DNA from: Klebsormidium nitens
Taxonomy: Eukaryota; Plantae; Klebsormidiophyceae
Reading direction: 5' to 3'
Length of the DNA: 64,000 nucleotides
Assembly: GCA_000708835.1 (NCBI GenBank)
Contig: DF237185.1
Location: forward strand, 6,024-70,023
Part shown: positions 1 through 9,000 of the stretch, in pieces
Position numbering within the stretch: the first letter of the stretch is position 1
Layout of the letters: every line of letters begins with the position of its first letter
Notes under the pieces: model-generated
Seen by the model: only the letters and a program-made list of their open reading frames with translations
Database searches by the model: none
Told to the model about the DNA's origin: nothing
Program-made: the position numbers and the translations under genes

Positions 1-1453
1 TGCCCAAACTTCTCTCCCGTTGCCTCTCGTACCATGCCAGCAGACAACCCATCTGACTCACAAACACGCTTGTCACCAGATTGGAGGTGTCCTGCACCCA
101 TGATGTTCCGTTCCACACAAAGAAGAGCTGCTCTCGACTCTTTTCTGTCTCGTTTGTTGTCGCAAGGATTCGCCCCTCGATCATGTAAAGGTACGCAAAT
201 AGACGCCCAAGATTGGCATACGCTTGAGGAGCCGCATGTTCGATGACAATTTTGAGGAGCAAATCTTGAACGGCTTGGGATCCTCTCGTATATTGAGTGA
301 TTGCTTGCATATCGTTGTGCTGGTCGACCGGCCTTGAGCTCGCATCTTGCAAGGCCGCTTTGAGGTTGTCAAGAACCCCAAGTACTCTGGCCGGTTTATG
401 AGAGCACTCGACCCCATGACAGCGATAGGAAACAATTCGGCCTCTCTTGAGGAGATTAAAGTTGTTGCTTCCAGAGTGCATATGCCCAAAAAGGCACCTT
501 CGCGGCCCGCGCGTCCGGTAGCAATAGTATGTCCCGTAGAGACCATGCGACAACGTGCTTGCGTATGTGCTGCTTGAGTCGCCGGCTTTCTTCAGCATCT
601 TCGATAGCTCTCCCAGCAAGAGCTCTCTGCCGTGTGGACGATCGTTGTTGGAGATTGGGCGATTGAGCTCAACGCCCGCACCTTTGGCTTCTTCGCTGGA
701 CTCCGGCACATCGATCCTTGCTCCTAGAGTATCGTAAGTTGTTTCCTCTTCCTCCTCGCTTGCAGCTGCACGTTGGCCTGCGTGATTATTGACCAAGTCA
801 ACCAAGAACCTAAGCATCTCTTGGCACGCGTCATAGCTTGGTGGACCATTCTGCCATTGGTAAGTTGCGAGTTCCCCTTGGCCGTTCACATAGCTCGTTG
901 GTTCGGCAAAAACAATCCCTCCCATTCCACGGCCATCCACCCCATACGACTTGTCACCAACCTTCACACCCTGAAAATTCCGTTTCCACTTTAGGCCCGG
1001 TGAGTCGAGTTTAAAGTATAGATGTATTCCTCCAGAGCCCGTCCGCGCCGTCAAGGTTTTCGGCTCTCCGTGGGTCTTCACCAGTTGCTCATAAAGCTCA
1101 ATCCCTGGTCGCTTAGCATCGGAATTTTTGTCAGACACATCGATATCAATCACATAAATGCGACTCACACCTGCAAGTATTGCAAGCCCGTTCCAATCTC
1201 GGCTTTCTGCCAGTGCAGGATTGATAAATTTGCCCCATAGCTCTGGATTTGTAACGTCACGATACGTGTGGGGACATTTGGGCTCTTTTGACTCGTTCTT
1301 TTGATTCCAAGAAAGGCGCACGGGAATTGCAAAGAGCCCGTTCTCGCAAAGCTTTTGAATCTCCCTTGCAATCTTTCGAGGGCCTAGGGTCTCGAGCTCG
1401 CCGGATGCCAGGGCCCTAGAGCCGCTAGCTTGCTGATCGCTGGAGACGGCCAT
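1..1453 (-). CDS. Prim-Pol (AEP superfamily) + PrimPol/UL52-like zinc finger + start of D5-type helicase region; 3'-partial, runs off the window
   Basis: Manual translation from ATG at 1453 is open to base 1 (484 codons). It shows Prim-Pol motifs IYVIDID, RTGSGGIHLYF and GLDGRGMGGIVFAEP, a Zn-finger-like RCLFGHMHSGSNNFNLLKRGRIVSYRCHGVEC, and a D5_N-like FFVWNGTSW. Absent from the ORF track because there is no stop codon in the window. Confidence 0.85.
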   Translation of the reverse strand, partial: MAVSSDQQASGSRALASGELETLGPRKIAREIQKLCENGLFAIPVRLSWNQKNESKEPKCPHTYRDVTNPELWGKFINPALAESRDWNGLAILAGVSRIYVIDIDVSDKNSDAKRPGIELYEQLVKTHGEPKTLTARTGSGGIHLYFKLDSPGLKWKRNFQGVKVGDKSYGVDGRGMGGIVFAEPTSYVNGQGELATYQWQNGPPSYDACQEMLRFLVDLVNNHAGQRAAASEEEEETTYDTLGARIDVPESSEEAKGAGVELNRPISNNDRPHGRELLLGELSKMLKKAGDSSSTYASTLSHGLYGTYYCYRTRGPRRCLFGHMHSGSNNFNLLKRGRIVSYRCHGVECSHKPARVLGVLDNLKAALQDASSRPVDQHNDMQAITQYTRGSQAVQDLLLKIVIEHAAPQAYANLGRLFAYLYMIEGRILATTNETEKSREQLFFVWNGTSWVQDTSNLVTSVFVSQMGCLLAWYERQRERSLG

Positions 1454-1566
1454 CGTTTCTATGGTCTCCTGAGGAAAAAATCTGATGTGATCAAACGCAC
1501 CCCGTTAGCCTGACCTTGCGTTTGCTTGCATCGATTTTTTCTGAAGCATTATCTTAGAACATTGTC

Positions 1567-1884
1567 ATGGTCCAATGCGCCTTGCCCAACAATCACGAGA
1601 GCCATCCATGCACATGCCGCAGCTGTGAGACTCATCGAGCATATCGAAGAGAGCACTCTGCTGAGCACTCTGAGCATGTGAAAAGGTATTACATCAGACA
1701 TCGAGAAGCCATTCTATTGCAAAAGGCCTACAAGCGGTACCTTTCGGGAGGCACAAAAAAGTTACATAAACAAACATTGGTCCGTTTGGCAAACGCTGGC
1801 TTCGACGTTCCTCAGATGCCCCCATCAAATCTGATAGACCTCGGTGTTTTGCTAGGATTGTTCACGGAGATCGAAGTCTCCTGA
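1567..1884 (+). CDS. Small basic hypothetical protein (CxCxxC plus KRYYIRHREAIL-type motif)
   Basis: 105-aa ORF between the primase and recombinase genes. It is preceded by a branch/polypyrimidine/AG-like tract, and its motif style resembles small ORFans of eukaryotic DNA viruses. Confidence 0.5.
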   Translation: MVQCALPNNHESHPCTCRSCETHRAYRREHSAEHSEHVKRYYIRHREAILLQKAYKRYLSGGTKKLHKQTLVRLANAGFDVPQMPPSNLIDLGVLLGLFTEIEVS

Positions 1885-1921
1885 AAGAGATGGCCAGGGG
1901 GTTGAGCACAATGCGAGTCGT

Positions 1922-2977
1922 TTACTGGAATTGAATACGCGAACCATCTGGTCTATAGTGGAGCTCGTAGTGGCGCATTGCAATTGGCGCTGTGTGCAAC
2001 ATTGACTTGGCAAGCTGGTCCCTTTCATAGAGACTTGGCGAATCCTTCATAGCATTGCTCACCGTGATTTTTCTCAAAAGGCACGAACCGAGATTTGAAT
2101 CGGGGTAAATGGCCGCGAGGAATTTAGTCAAGTAACCCGATCCCATTGGGGCATCTGGTGTCCTCATTCGGCTGAGCAGGTACTTTCGCGGGAAGATAGC
2201 AAGACTTTCAGCGATCACGTTGCCAAGTCGGATTGGTATGTCAAGAACCTGCGGCCCGTGTGTCTTGTCGGTCTTGTACGTGTTCAGATGGAGCCTATAG
2301 CTGCCCTTTGCATACTCTAGAAGGTAGTTGCGGGATCCCGCCATCAGCTCACGCGCGGCAGTGCTACCAACCTCTTCGAAGCGCACGATGGGAAGATTGC
2401 TCCAATCATTGCGAATCGCCGGCATTTGTGTGTACAAACAGAGCACGAGGTAGCGACAGAGCGTCACTTTGTCTCCAACTGTGACCTCTTCTGGCTTTTT
2501 TGGCGCAATGGATCGATTGACTTTTCGTTGAAGCTCGATTCGGCATTGATTGATCTCGTCCAACGACTTCCAATTCTTGGCCTCACGCTCTGACATATGC
2601 TGGGGTGGCCGAGCTTCTTCCATGGCCTTTCTGATGGCAGTGTATCTTTTGAACAAAGCCTCGTAGATTCGTTGGTCGCTTGGCCAGAGCTTTCGTACGA
2701 TCACCAAGAGAGGACTGATGCTCGTGGCTTGTGTGGGCAACTTGTCCGAATACATGCTATCCAGATACTCTATGATTTTGGTCGTATCCCGCACCCACTC
2801 CAGTGACTCAAAGTCAGCTCTTGGAGCATGCAGACTCTTGAAGAGTCGCATCACACGAGCACAATATTGGTCGATAGTGTATGGCTTTCGTGTTGAATCA
2901 TCAAAAACGTCATGGAGTAGCCGTTCAGCTGACGTCGAGGTTCTTATAACCTTTATGTTGGCATCTAAAGCTGCCAT
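1922..2977 (-). CDS. Tyrosine recombinase / integrase, Polinton-like-virus/virophage type
   Basis: 351-aa intronless ORF with catalytic-type residues in the expected order: LYTQMPAIRND (R), YKTDKTHG (K), LLRK (R), MLHT (H), RHY (Y). Confidence 0.88.
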   Translation of the reverse strand: MAALDANIKVIRTSTSAERLLHDVFDDSTRKPYTIDQYCARVMRLFKSLHAPRADFESLEWVRDTTKIIEYLDSMYSDKLPTQATSISPLLVIVRKLWPSDQRIYEALFKRYTAIRKAMEEARPPQHMSEREAKNWKSLDEINQCRIELQRKVNRSIAPKKPEEVTVGDKVTLCRYLVLCLYTQMPAIRNDWSNLPIVRFEEVGSTAARELMAGSRNYLLEYAKGSYRLHLNTYKTDKTHGPQVLDIPIRLGNVIAESLAIFPRKYLLSRMRTPDAPMGSGYLTKFLAAIYPDSNLGSCLLRKITVSNAMKDSPSLYERDQLAKSMLHTAPIAMRHYELHYRPDGSRIQFQ

Positions 2978-3241
2978 GCCTCAACTATCTGGATAGCAAG
3001 AAAAAAAAGATGAATGGCATCTGGCCGCGAAGAGCTCAGATACCGAATATTCGTGTTCATCTTTGTTTTCACCGTTTTGGTGTGCCTAGGAGCTTTTCAT
3101 GGTTATCTAGCACACAAAAGCTTCTACAACCCGGCCTGGGGGCCTTGATGCCCCTCTGTTATCGGCCGATATCCGAATACTGCCAGATACACGAATATGG
3201 GTGTACATAATCTCTATAACGGAGCCTTTTCAGCAATTCGT

Positions 3242-3525
3242 CTATCTAGGAGAGAGATGTTGTGGAGACTCGTGGGTAAAGCGGGCCTTGTTGAGATTTG
3301 CAAGCGCCTCTAATTCCAGGATTGGTGCCTCACTCCACACCATGCTAGGGGCATATTGGGCACTCGATGGAGAACGGGCTCGGATTTCTGAGCAAGCGCT
3401 TGGAAAAACCGACTCGCGTTCGTACGACATGTTCACTAATTGTGATTCCCTCAAGCATAGCTTCTTTGCTTGACGTTGAGCCGGAGATGCGTTTTTGAGG
3501 GCAACCCGCCAACTTATTTTAACAG
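3242..3525 (-). CDS. Unknown ORF-X, copy B (C-terminal part; 5' part lost in the assembly gap)
   Basis: VKISWRVALKNAS...YAPSMVWSEAPILELEALAN aligns by eye with the C-terminal half of ORF 4268-4822. Confidence 0.5.
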
Positions 3526-3545
3526 NNNNNNNNNNNNNNNNNNNN
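3526..3545. other. Assembly gap (N run)
   Basis: Run of 20 N between two copies of the ORF-X/recombinase unit. Confidence 1.
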
Positions 3546-4003
3546 ACTTTTCGTTGAAGCTCGATTCGGCATTGATTGATCTCGTCCAACGACTTCCAGT
3601 TCTTGGCCTCACGCTCTGACATATGCTGGGGTGGCCGAGCTTCTTCCATGGCCTTTCTAATGGCAGTGTATCTTTTGAACAAAGCCTCGTAGATTCGTTG
3701 GTCGCTTGGCCAGAGCTTTCGTACGATCACCAAGAGAGGACTGATGCTCGTGGCTTGTGTGGGCAACTTGTCCAAATACATGCTATCCAGATACTCTATG
3801 ATTTGGGTCGTATCCCGCACCCACTCGAGTGACTCAAAGTCATCTCTTGGAGCATGCAGACTCTTGAAGAGTCGCATCACACGAGCACAATATTGGTCGA
3901 TAGTGTATGGCTTTCGTGTTGAATCATCAAAAACGTCATGGAGTAGCCGTTCAGCTGACGTCGAGGTTCTTATAACCTTTATGTTGGCATCTAAAGCTGC
4001 CAT
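3546..4003 (-). CDS. Tyrosine recombinase copy 2 (N-terminal part; truncated by the assembly gap)
   Basis: Nearly identical to the first about 152 aa of 1922-2977, with a few substitutions (RAD/RDD, TTK/TTQ, YSD/YLD). Confidence 0.8.
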
Positions 4004-4267
4004 GCCTCAACTATCTGGATAGCAAGAAAAAAAAGATGAACGGCATCTGGCCGCGAAGAGCTCAGATACCGAACATCCGTGTTCATCTTTGTTTTCACCG
4101 TTTTGGTGCGCCTAGGAGCTTTTCATGGTTATCTAGCACACAAAAGCTTCTACAACCCGGCCTGGGGGCCTTGATGCCCCTCGGTTATCGGCCGATAACA
4201 GAGTATTGTCAGATACCTGAATATGAGTGTACTTAATTTCCAGAACGGTGCCTTTTCAGAGATTCAA

Positions 4268-4822
4268 TTATCTGGGAGAGGAATCCAGCGAAGATTCGGT
4301 GGCATCGCGAACCTTGTTGGGATTTGCAAGCGCGTCTAACTCCAAGATTGGTGCGTCACTCCACACCATACTAGGGGCATACCTGGGACTCGATGGAGAA
4401 CATGCTTCGATACTTGTGCAACCGGTCGGAACAATCGACTCTCGTTCATGAGAGTGCGCCGTGAGCCTTGGTTCTTTCAACCGCAACTTTTTTGTTTGAC
4501 ATTGAGCCCGAGACGCGTTTTTAAGAGCAACCCGCCAGCTCACTTTGACAGCGAATGGCCCATGTATGCCGCTCTGATCCCAAGTTGACAAGAATCCTTC
4601 AGCATTTAGGGATCGCACCAGCGCTCTGGTGATATGACGCAGGTTAAACGGTTCTGCAAGAGCGCGGATTCCTGCTAGGGCTGCCGGGTCAATAATCGTT
4701 TCGAGCAACCCAAACTCTCTATAAGATCTTACTATCGTGCTCTTGGCACTCTCAAGAACAGCTCGATCCATCTGCTCAATCGCAAAAGTGGTTGGAGAAC
4801 GATAGCCTAAAATTGCGTCCAT
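4268..4822 (-). CDS. Unknown ORF-X, copy A
   Basis: 184-aa ORF directly upstream of recombinase copy 2. The diverged second copy keeps the same frame and the same stop position. Confidence 0.55.
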   Translation of the reverse strand: MDAILGYRSPTTFAIEQMDRAVLESAKSTIVRSYREFGLLETIIDPAALAGIRALAEPFNLRHITRALVRSLNAEGFLSTWDQSGIHGPFAVKVSWRVALKNASRAQCQTKKLRLKEPRLTAHSHERESIVPTGCTSIEACSPSSPRYAPSMVWSDAPILELDALANPNKVRDATESSLDSSPR

Positions 4823-5029
4823 TCAAGTCAATGTTTTACGGTGCACCAAGAAAAAAGGAATACACCATTATTAAGGTGTGGTCATCATTAGGTCAGGCTG
4901 GCCATCCCGGCCACTTAAAAGCATATGGCAAGCAAGTTTGATGATGCGACGATGCACAGATGGGCAGGTGATTTCAACCCCCCTCTAAAATAATAAAAGT
5001 GCCACTCCAGATTTTAATTGATGGCAATC

Positions 5030-5410
5030 GAATATTGTAATTGATGGAGCGAGTCGACAGGAGGACAGAACGGACAGGAGATTTCCGTGTCCGGGGCCGG
5101 CTTGCACTTGTCCATGCCACCTAATATGTTGCAAATATTGTAATTGATGGAACGAGTCGACAGGACGACAGGACGAACAGGAGATGCTCGAGTCTAGGTC
5201 CGGCTCCCGATTGACCATACCACCTAATATGAGTCGAATATCATGTAATTCATGGAGCGAGTCGACAGGAGGACAGGACGGACAGCAGATGCTCGTGTCC
5301 AAGTCCGGGTCCCGAATGACTATACCACCTAATGTGAATCGAACATTGTAATTCATGGAGCGAGTCAACAGGAGGACAGGACGGACAGGAGATGCTCGTG
5401 TCCAAGTCCG
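5030..5410 (+). repeat. Tandem repeat, about 104-bp unit x4, core GAGTCGACAGGAGGACAGGACGGACAG
   Basis: Core starts at about 5051, 5154, 5259 and 5362. Confidence 0.9.
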
Positions 5411-5528
5411 GCTTGCACTTGACTGGACCACCGAGATTGTTTGAACATTGTGATCGTGAAACGAATTGAAAGGAGGCCGTATGCTACAACCAATCCGGCT
5501 GATCTGTCAGAGTGGCGGCCCGATTTTA

Positions 5529-5930
5529 GATACATACATATCAACAACCTCGGCCGAGATCCGAAAAGTTTATACTACAATCTGTTATAATTTCTTTCTT
5601 CCCCAGGGAAGGAATTATAACAGATTAGTAGTACAAACTTTTCCCTTTGGTTCCGAATTAGCAATATGTATGTATGTAAGGCCATACCGAAAAAGATGCC
5701 AATGTTGTAATCGACTTTTTGGAGAAGAAAATATAACAAATTAGTAGTATGAAGTTTTCCTTGTGGGATCCAATTGCCGATATGTATGTATGTAAAGCCA
5801 TACCGGAAAAGATGCAATGTTGTACTTGACTTTTCGGAGAAGAGAATATAACAGATTAGTAGTACGAAGTTTTCCCCGAGGGATCCAATTGCCGATATGT
5901 ATGTATGTAAGGCCATACCAAAAAGATGCA
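5529..5930. repeat. About 140-bp imperfect palindrome followed by about 116-bp direct repeats of its right arm
   Basis: AAAAGTTTATACTACAATCTGTTATAATT (5564-5592) is nearly the reverse complement of AATTATAACAGATTAGTAGTACAAACTTTT (5613-5642). ATACATACATATC pairs with (G)ATATGTATGTAT, and the latter recurs at about 5663, 5779 and 5894. Confidence 0.9.
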
Positions 5931-6042
5931 ACATTCACAATGGACAGTATCCTTAAGTACTCGAGTCTCACATAGTGCTGTCAATTCCAGTCAATTCAAG
6001 TTCCAGGCCACGAGCATTCAATGGTTCTCACTCTACTCCTCC

Positions 6043-9000
6043 TTACTCCATCTTAACCTCTAGGGCTTTCAGCGCAAGACCCTTATACCCTCGCTCCGTT
6101 ACGCCGCAATACTTTACGCCAAGGCCAAGTTTGCTGGGCTTGTCCGGACCCGAAAAGCCGTGGTTGTTCATCGCCGACTTCAGGGACTTGGTGTCGAGCG
6201 AGGGGATATGGCCGACGCACTTGCCGCCCACCATCCTCTGCGGATCGTTGTACGCCTTAAGGGTATCGCTCGTTGAGATGAAGAGGTCATCGCCCTTGAC
6301 GCAACTGCTGAGGACGAAGTTGTCGAAGTCGTCAGCCGCCTCTTCGTAGTCTTGCAGAGCGTCCGTGCTCCGCTTGGGCATGGGGTACAGCTGCTGTCCG
6401 TTCTGGTACCACTTGACCGCTCCTGCGACCAGCCATGCAAGCAACTCCTGCATGTTCTGCAGGGTGCTCAGCTTGGCGAGGAGGCGCGTGTCCACCAGCC
6501 CGTGCAACGGGTTGGTTGGGTCGTATCCCTTCTCGTGCGGCGAGAAGTAGCGCCGCACGAAGCAGACCAGCTGAAGGCGGCGCCGGAGGGCGACGGACCA
6601 GGTCTTGTCCGTCTTCGGAAGGTAGTTGGTGCACATGATGAGCTGCAAAAACGATGAGGAGAGGGTCGTCAGTGCTCGATAACTCACGTTCTTTGACGCA
6701 CCCCACAGGTCTCAGCATGCTCGAAAGTATTTGACCAGCGTGCTTGACCAAGCAACCGCATGCAATGCTCGATACGCAAGCTTCTCGGAATGAATCGAGC
6801 CACATCTCGGGAAAAAGGCACACGCGCTTGCAAGCGTATGCTTCAAGACAGAGGAAGAGTCTTACCAGGACGGTCGCGGTGACGGTGATAAAGTCCTTGA
6901 AGAGGGGCCGCGCCGTGATGACATCGCTGCCCGTCAGCTTCTTCATGCCGGCTTCGTTGAGCGTGTCGGACTTGTCCGTCTCTTCGACCACGGCAAGCAG
7001 CGCTCCCGCGAGCCCTGCACAAAAGCAAAGGCTACTCGGTCGATACTGATTCTTGAAGCCACTTACATGCAAGTCTAGGACGATTGGATAGCTTAGAAGA
7101 CAGGACCGACAGGAGGGACACGAGAATCTGCTCGCGGACAAGACGTTGCATCTCCAATCATACCAGGTAGATAGAGAGGTGAACGTCCATTTATCTGATT
7201 GAAGGGTGGAATGGCCAGACTGCAGTGAGGACAGACAGAGTTGCGCTCAACCTCTAGGTATCTACATATCAGCAGGTTTGAGAAGAAAAGGCTTTGGTGA
7301 ATTTTCACCGGCCTCGAGCGGCGAAGCGGCCCCCTTGTGGGCGGCACGCTGCCCTTTGGAGTTCACCAAAATCTCCTTGCCGAACGTCTCTGAAGGCGGT
7401 GCCGAGGAGCTTGCGCAGCAGCGCAAGGAACACGCTCTTGCCTGCGCTCCCCTCCCCGACAAAGATTGGCAGCACCTGGATTGAAGAGGTGGGAGAGAAC
7501 TTTGAGGAGAAGATTTCACACGGCTGCAGATATGCTGGACCACCTTCCACGAGAGCCCTCTGCAATGATCTCGAATTCCACGAAAGTAGCTCTAGGAGGA
7601 TGGCCAGCAATCGATGGCAAAGTCTTTGCAATCCTCCACAGCCTAGTCTCATAGCGATTGGTCAATGAAAATCCCATGCCAATGGACAAAGGCCTCATGT
7701 GGTTGTTGGGTCCTTAAAGATTGAGGCAGCACGTAACTCAAGTCCATCAAACCTTTCAGCTCATGTCAGCTCATGAATTCAAGCACTCAGTTGGAGGGAG
7801 CACGTACCTGATTGCTCGTATAACCAGTCAGCCCGTACCCCAGCAGAACCTGGAGGTGCTCCAGAGCAGCCGGCCCATCCTCTCTGGAGGCGTGCATGAT
7901 GTCCTCCAAGAACCGCACCATCTCGCCCCTCGGAAACGACAACCCAGGGCGGGGGTACGGCCAGTCGATCACCCGGCTGTTCATGAACTGCAGTGCGAAT
8001 GGCGGATCCATGAGCATGTTGGACAGCAAAGACGGCACAGACGGCAATATCGCCTGTCAGGTTTCACAAAAACGTACAAATGATCGATCTGAGAAGCTGA
8101 ATGATTGTATCTATCTGAATCTCAATAATCCTGATAGATGTAGCCAAATACTTTGTCCATTCACCAAAACGCAAGATTGTGACCATCTACATCTGAATTG
8201 CAAGAATACATGCAGCCAATGGACAAAACGCAACCCATGGGGTGAGCGCTAGAAGAGTTCTTAGAGGCTCCTGAAAGCATTTGCCTAAGTGATTGTTGAT
8301 TGATAAAGGAGGTCCACCGGCTGGCCGGAGGACCTGGCCGATGCCTCCATGACGCAAACTTCTCGATGAAGTCCCTGAACTGATCTGCACGGTCTTTGCG
8401 CGAGCACGGAATCATCACTCACCCGGGGGTGATGCGGGAGCAGCTCGCCAGTCCGCAAGTCGATGACGCCGTTCGCCACAGCCAGGAAGTCCTTCTGCAC
8501 GTCCAATAGGGACTGGAAGCCGGGCTGATAGAAGTATTCCTTGCATGTGCCCAGGATGTTGGACATTTTTGCATTGAAGTTGACGTTGATCAGCCTCTCC
8601 TCCCTGCCCGGCTTGGGCTGCTTTCCGCCACCCGCCGGCTTCGACCTGATTGAAGGGCCTCCCTTCACGCCCAACCCGCTGTCTTCATCGCCTGCCGGTC
8701 CGTCGGCCATGGCGATTGAACGCCCTTCTCCCTCCCCCTGTTCTGCTTCACGCATGTACGCGGCCTCGATCTTGGAGAGCTCCTCGCGGAGCACCCGCAG
8801 GATCCGGCCGCCGCTCAGGTCCCTGGCCCAGCAACGACCGGACCAGTAGTACGAGCCCGATGAGGTGAAGGCGAACTTCAGGCCCGTGCGAACGTACGTA
8901 GAGGCGCTCCAGGATAAGGGCGCCACCAACATCTCCTGTAGGTACAAGAACGTGGGCTGTTTGAGGAAGAAGCCTCACGTATCCTTGCCAACAACTTAAG

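Larger units (their letters stand above)
1..5000 (-). mobile_element. Virus-like element encoding tyrosine recombinase + primase-helicase (boundaries uncertain)
   Basis: Compact cluster of intronless genes (recombinase x2, Prim-Pol/D5, two ORFans), in contrast to the intron-rich host genes further right. Confidence 0.6.

Noticed and set aside
3242-4003. ORF-track 253-aa 'fusion' of recombinase N-terminus and ORF-X C-terminus
   Set aside because: It reads through the N gap; the two halves belong to different genes of a tandem unit.
5529-5930. Possible CRISPR-like array
   Set aside because: The units are whole degenerate repeats without unique spacers, there are no cas genes, and the context is eukaryotic.
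4985-5971. Several ORFs over the repeat module
   Set aside because: They are translations of tandem repeats and the palindrome, with no protein-like signal.
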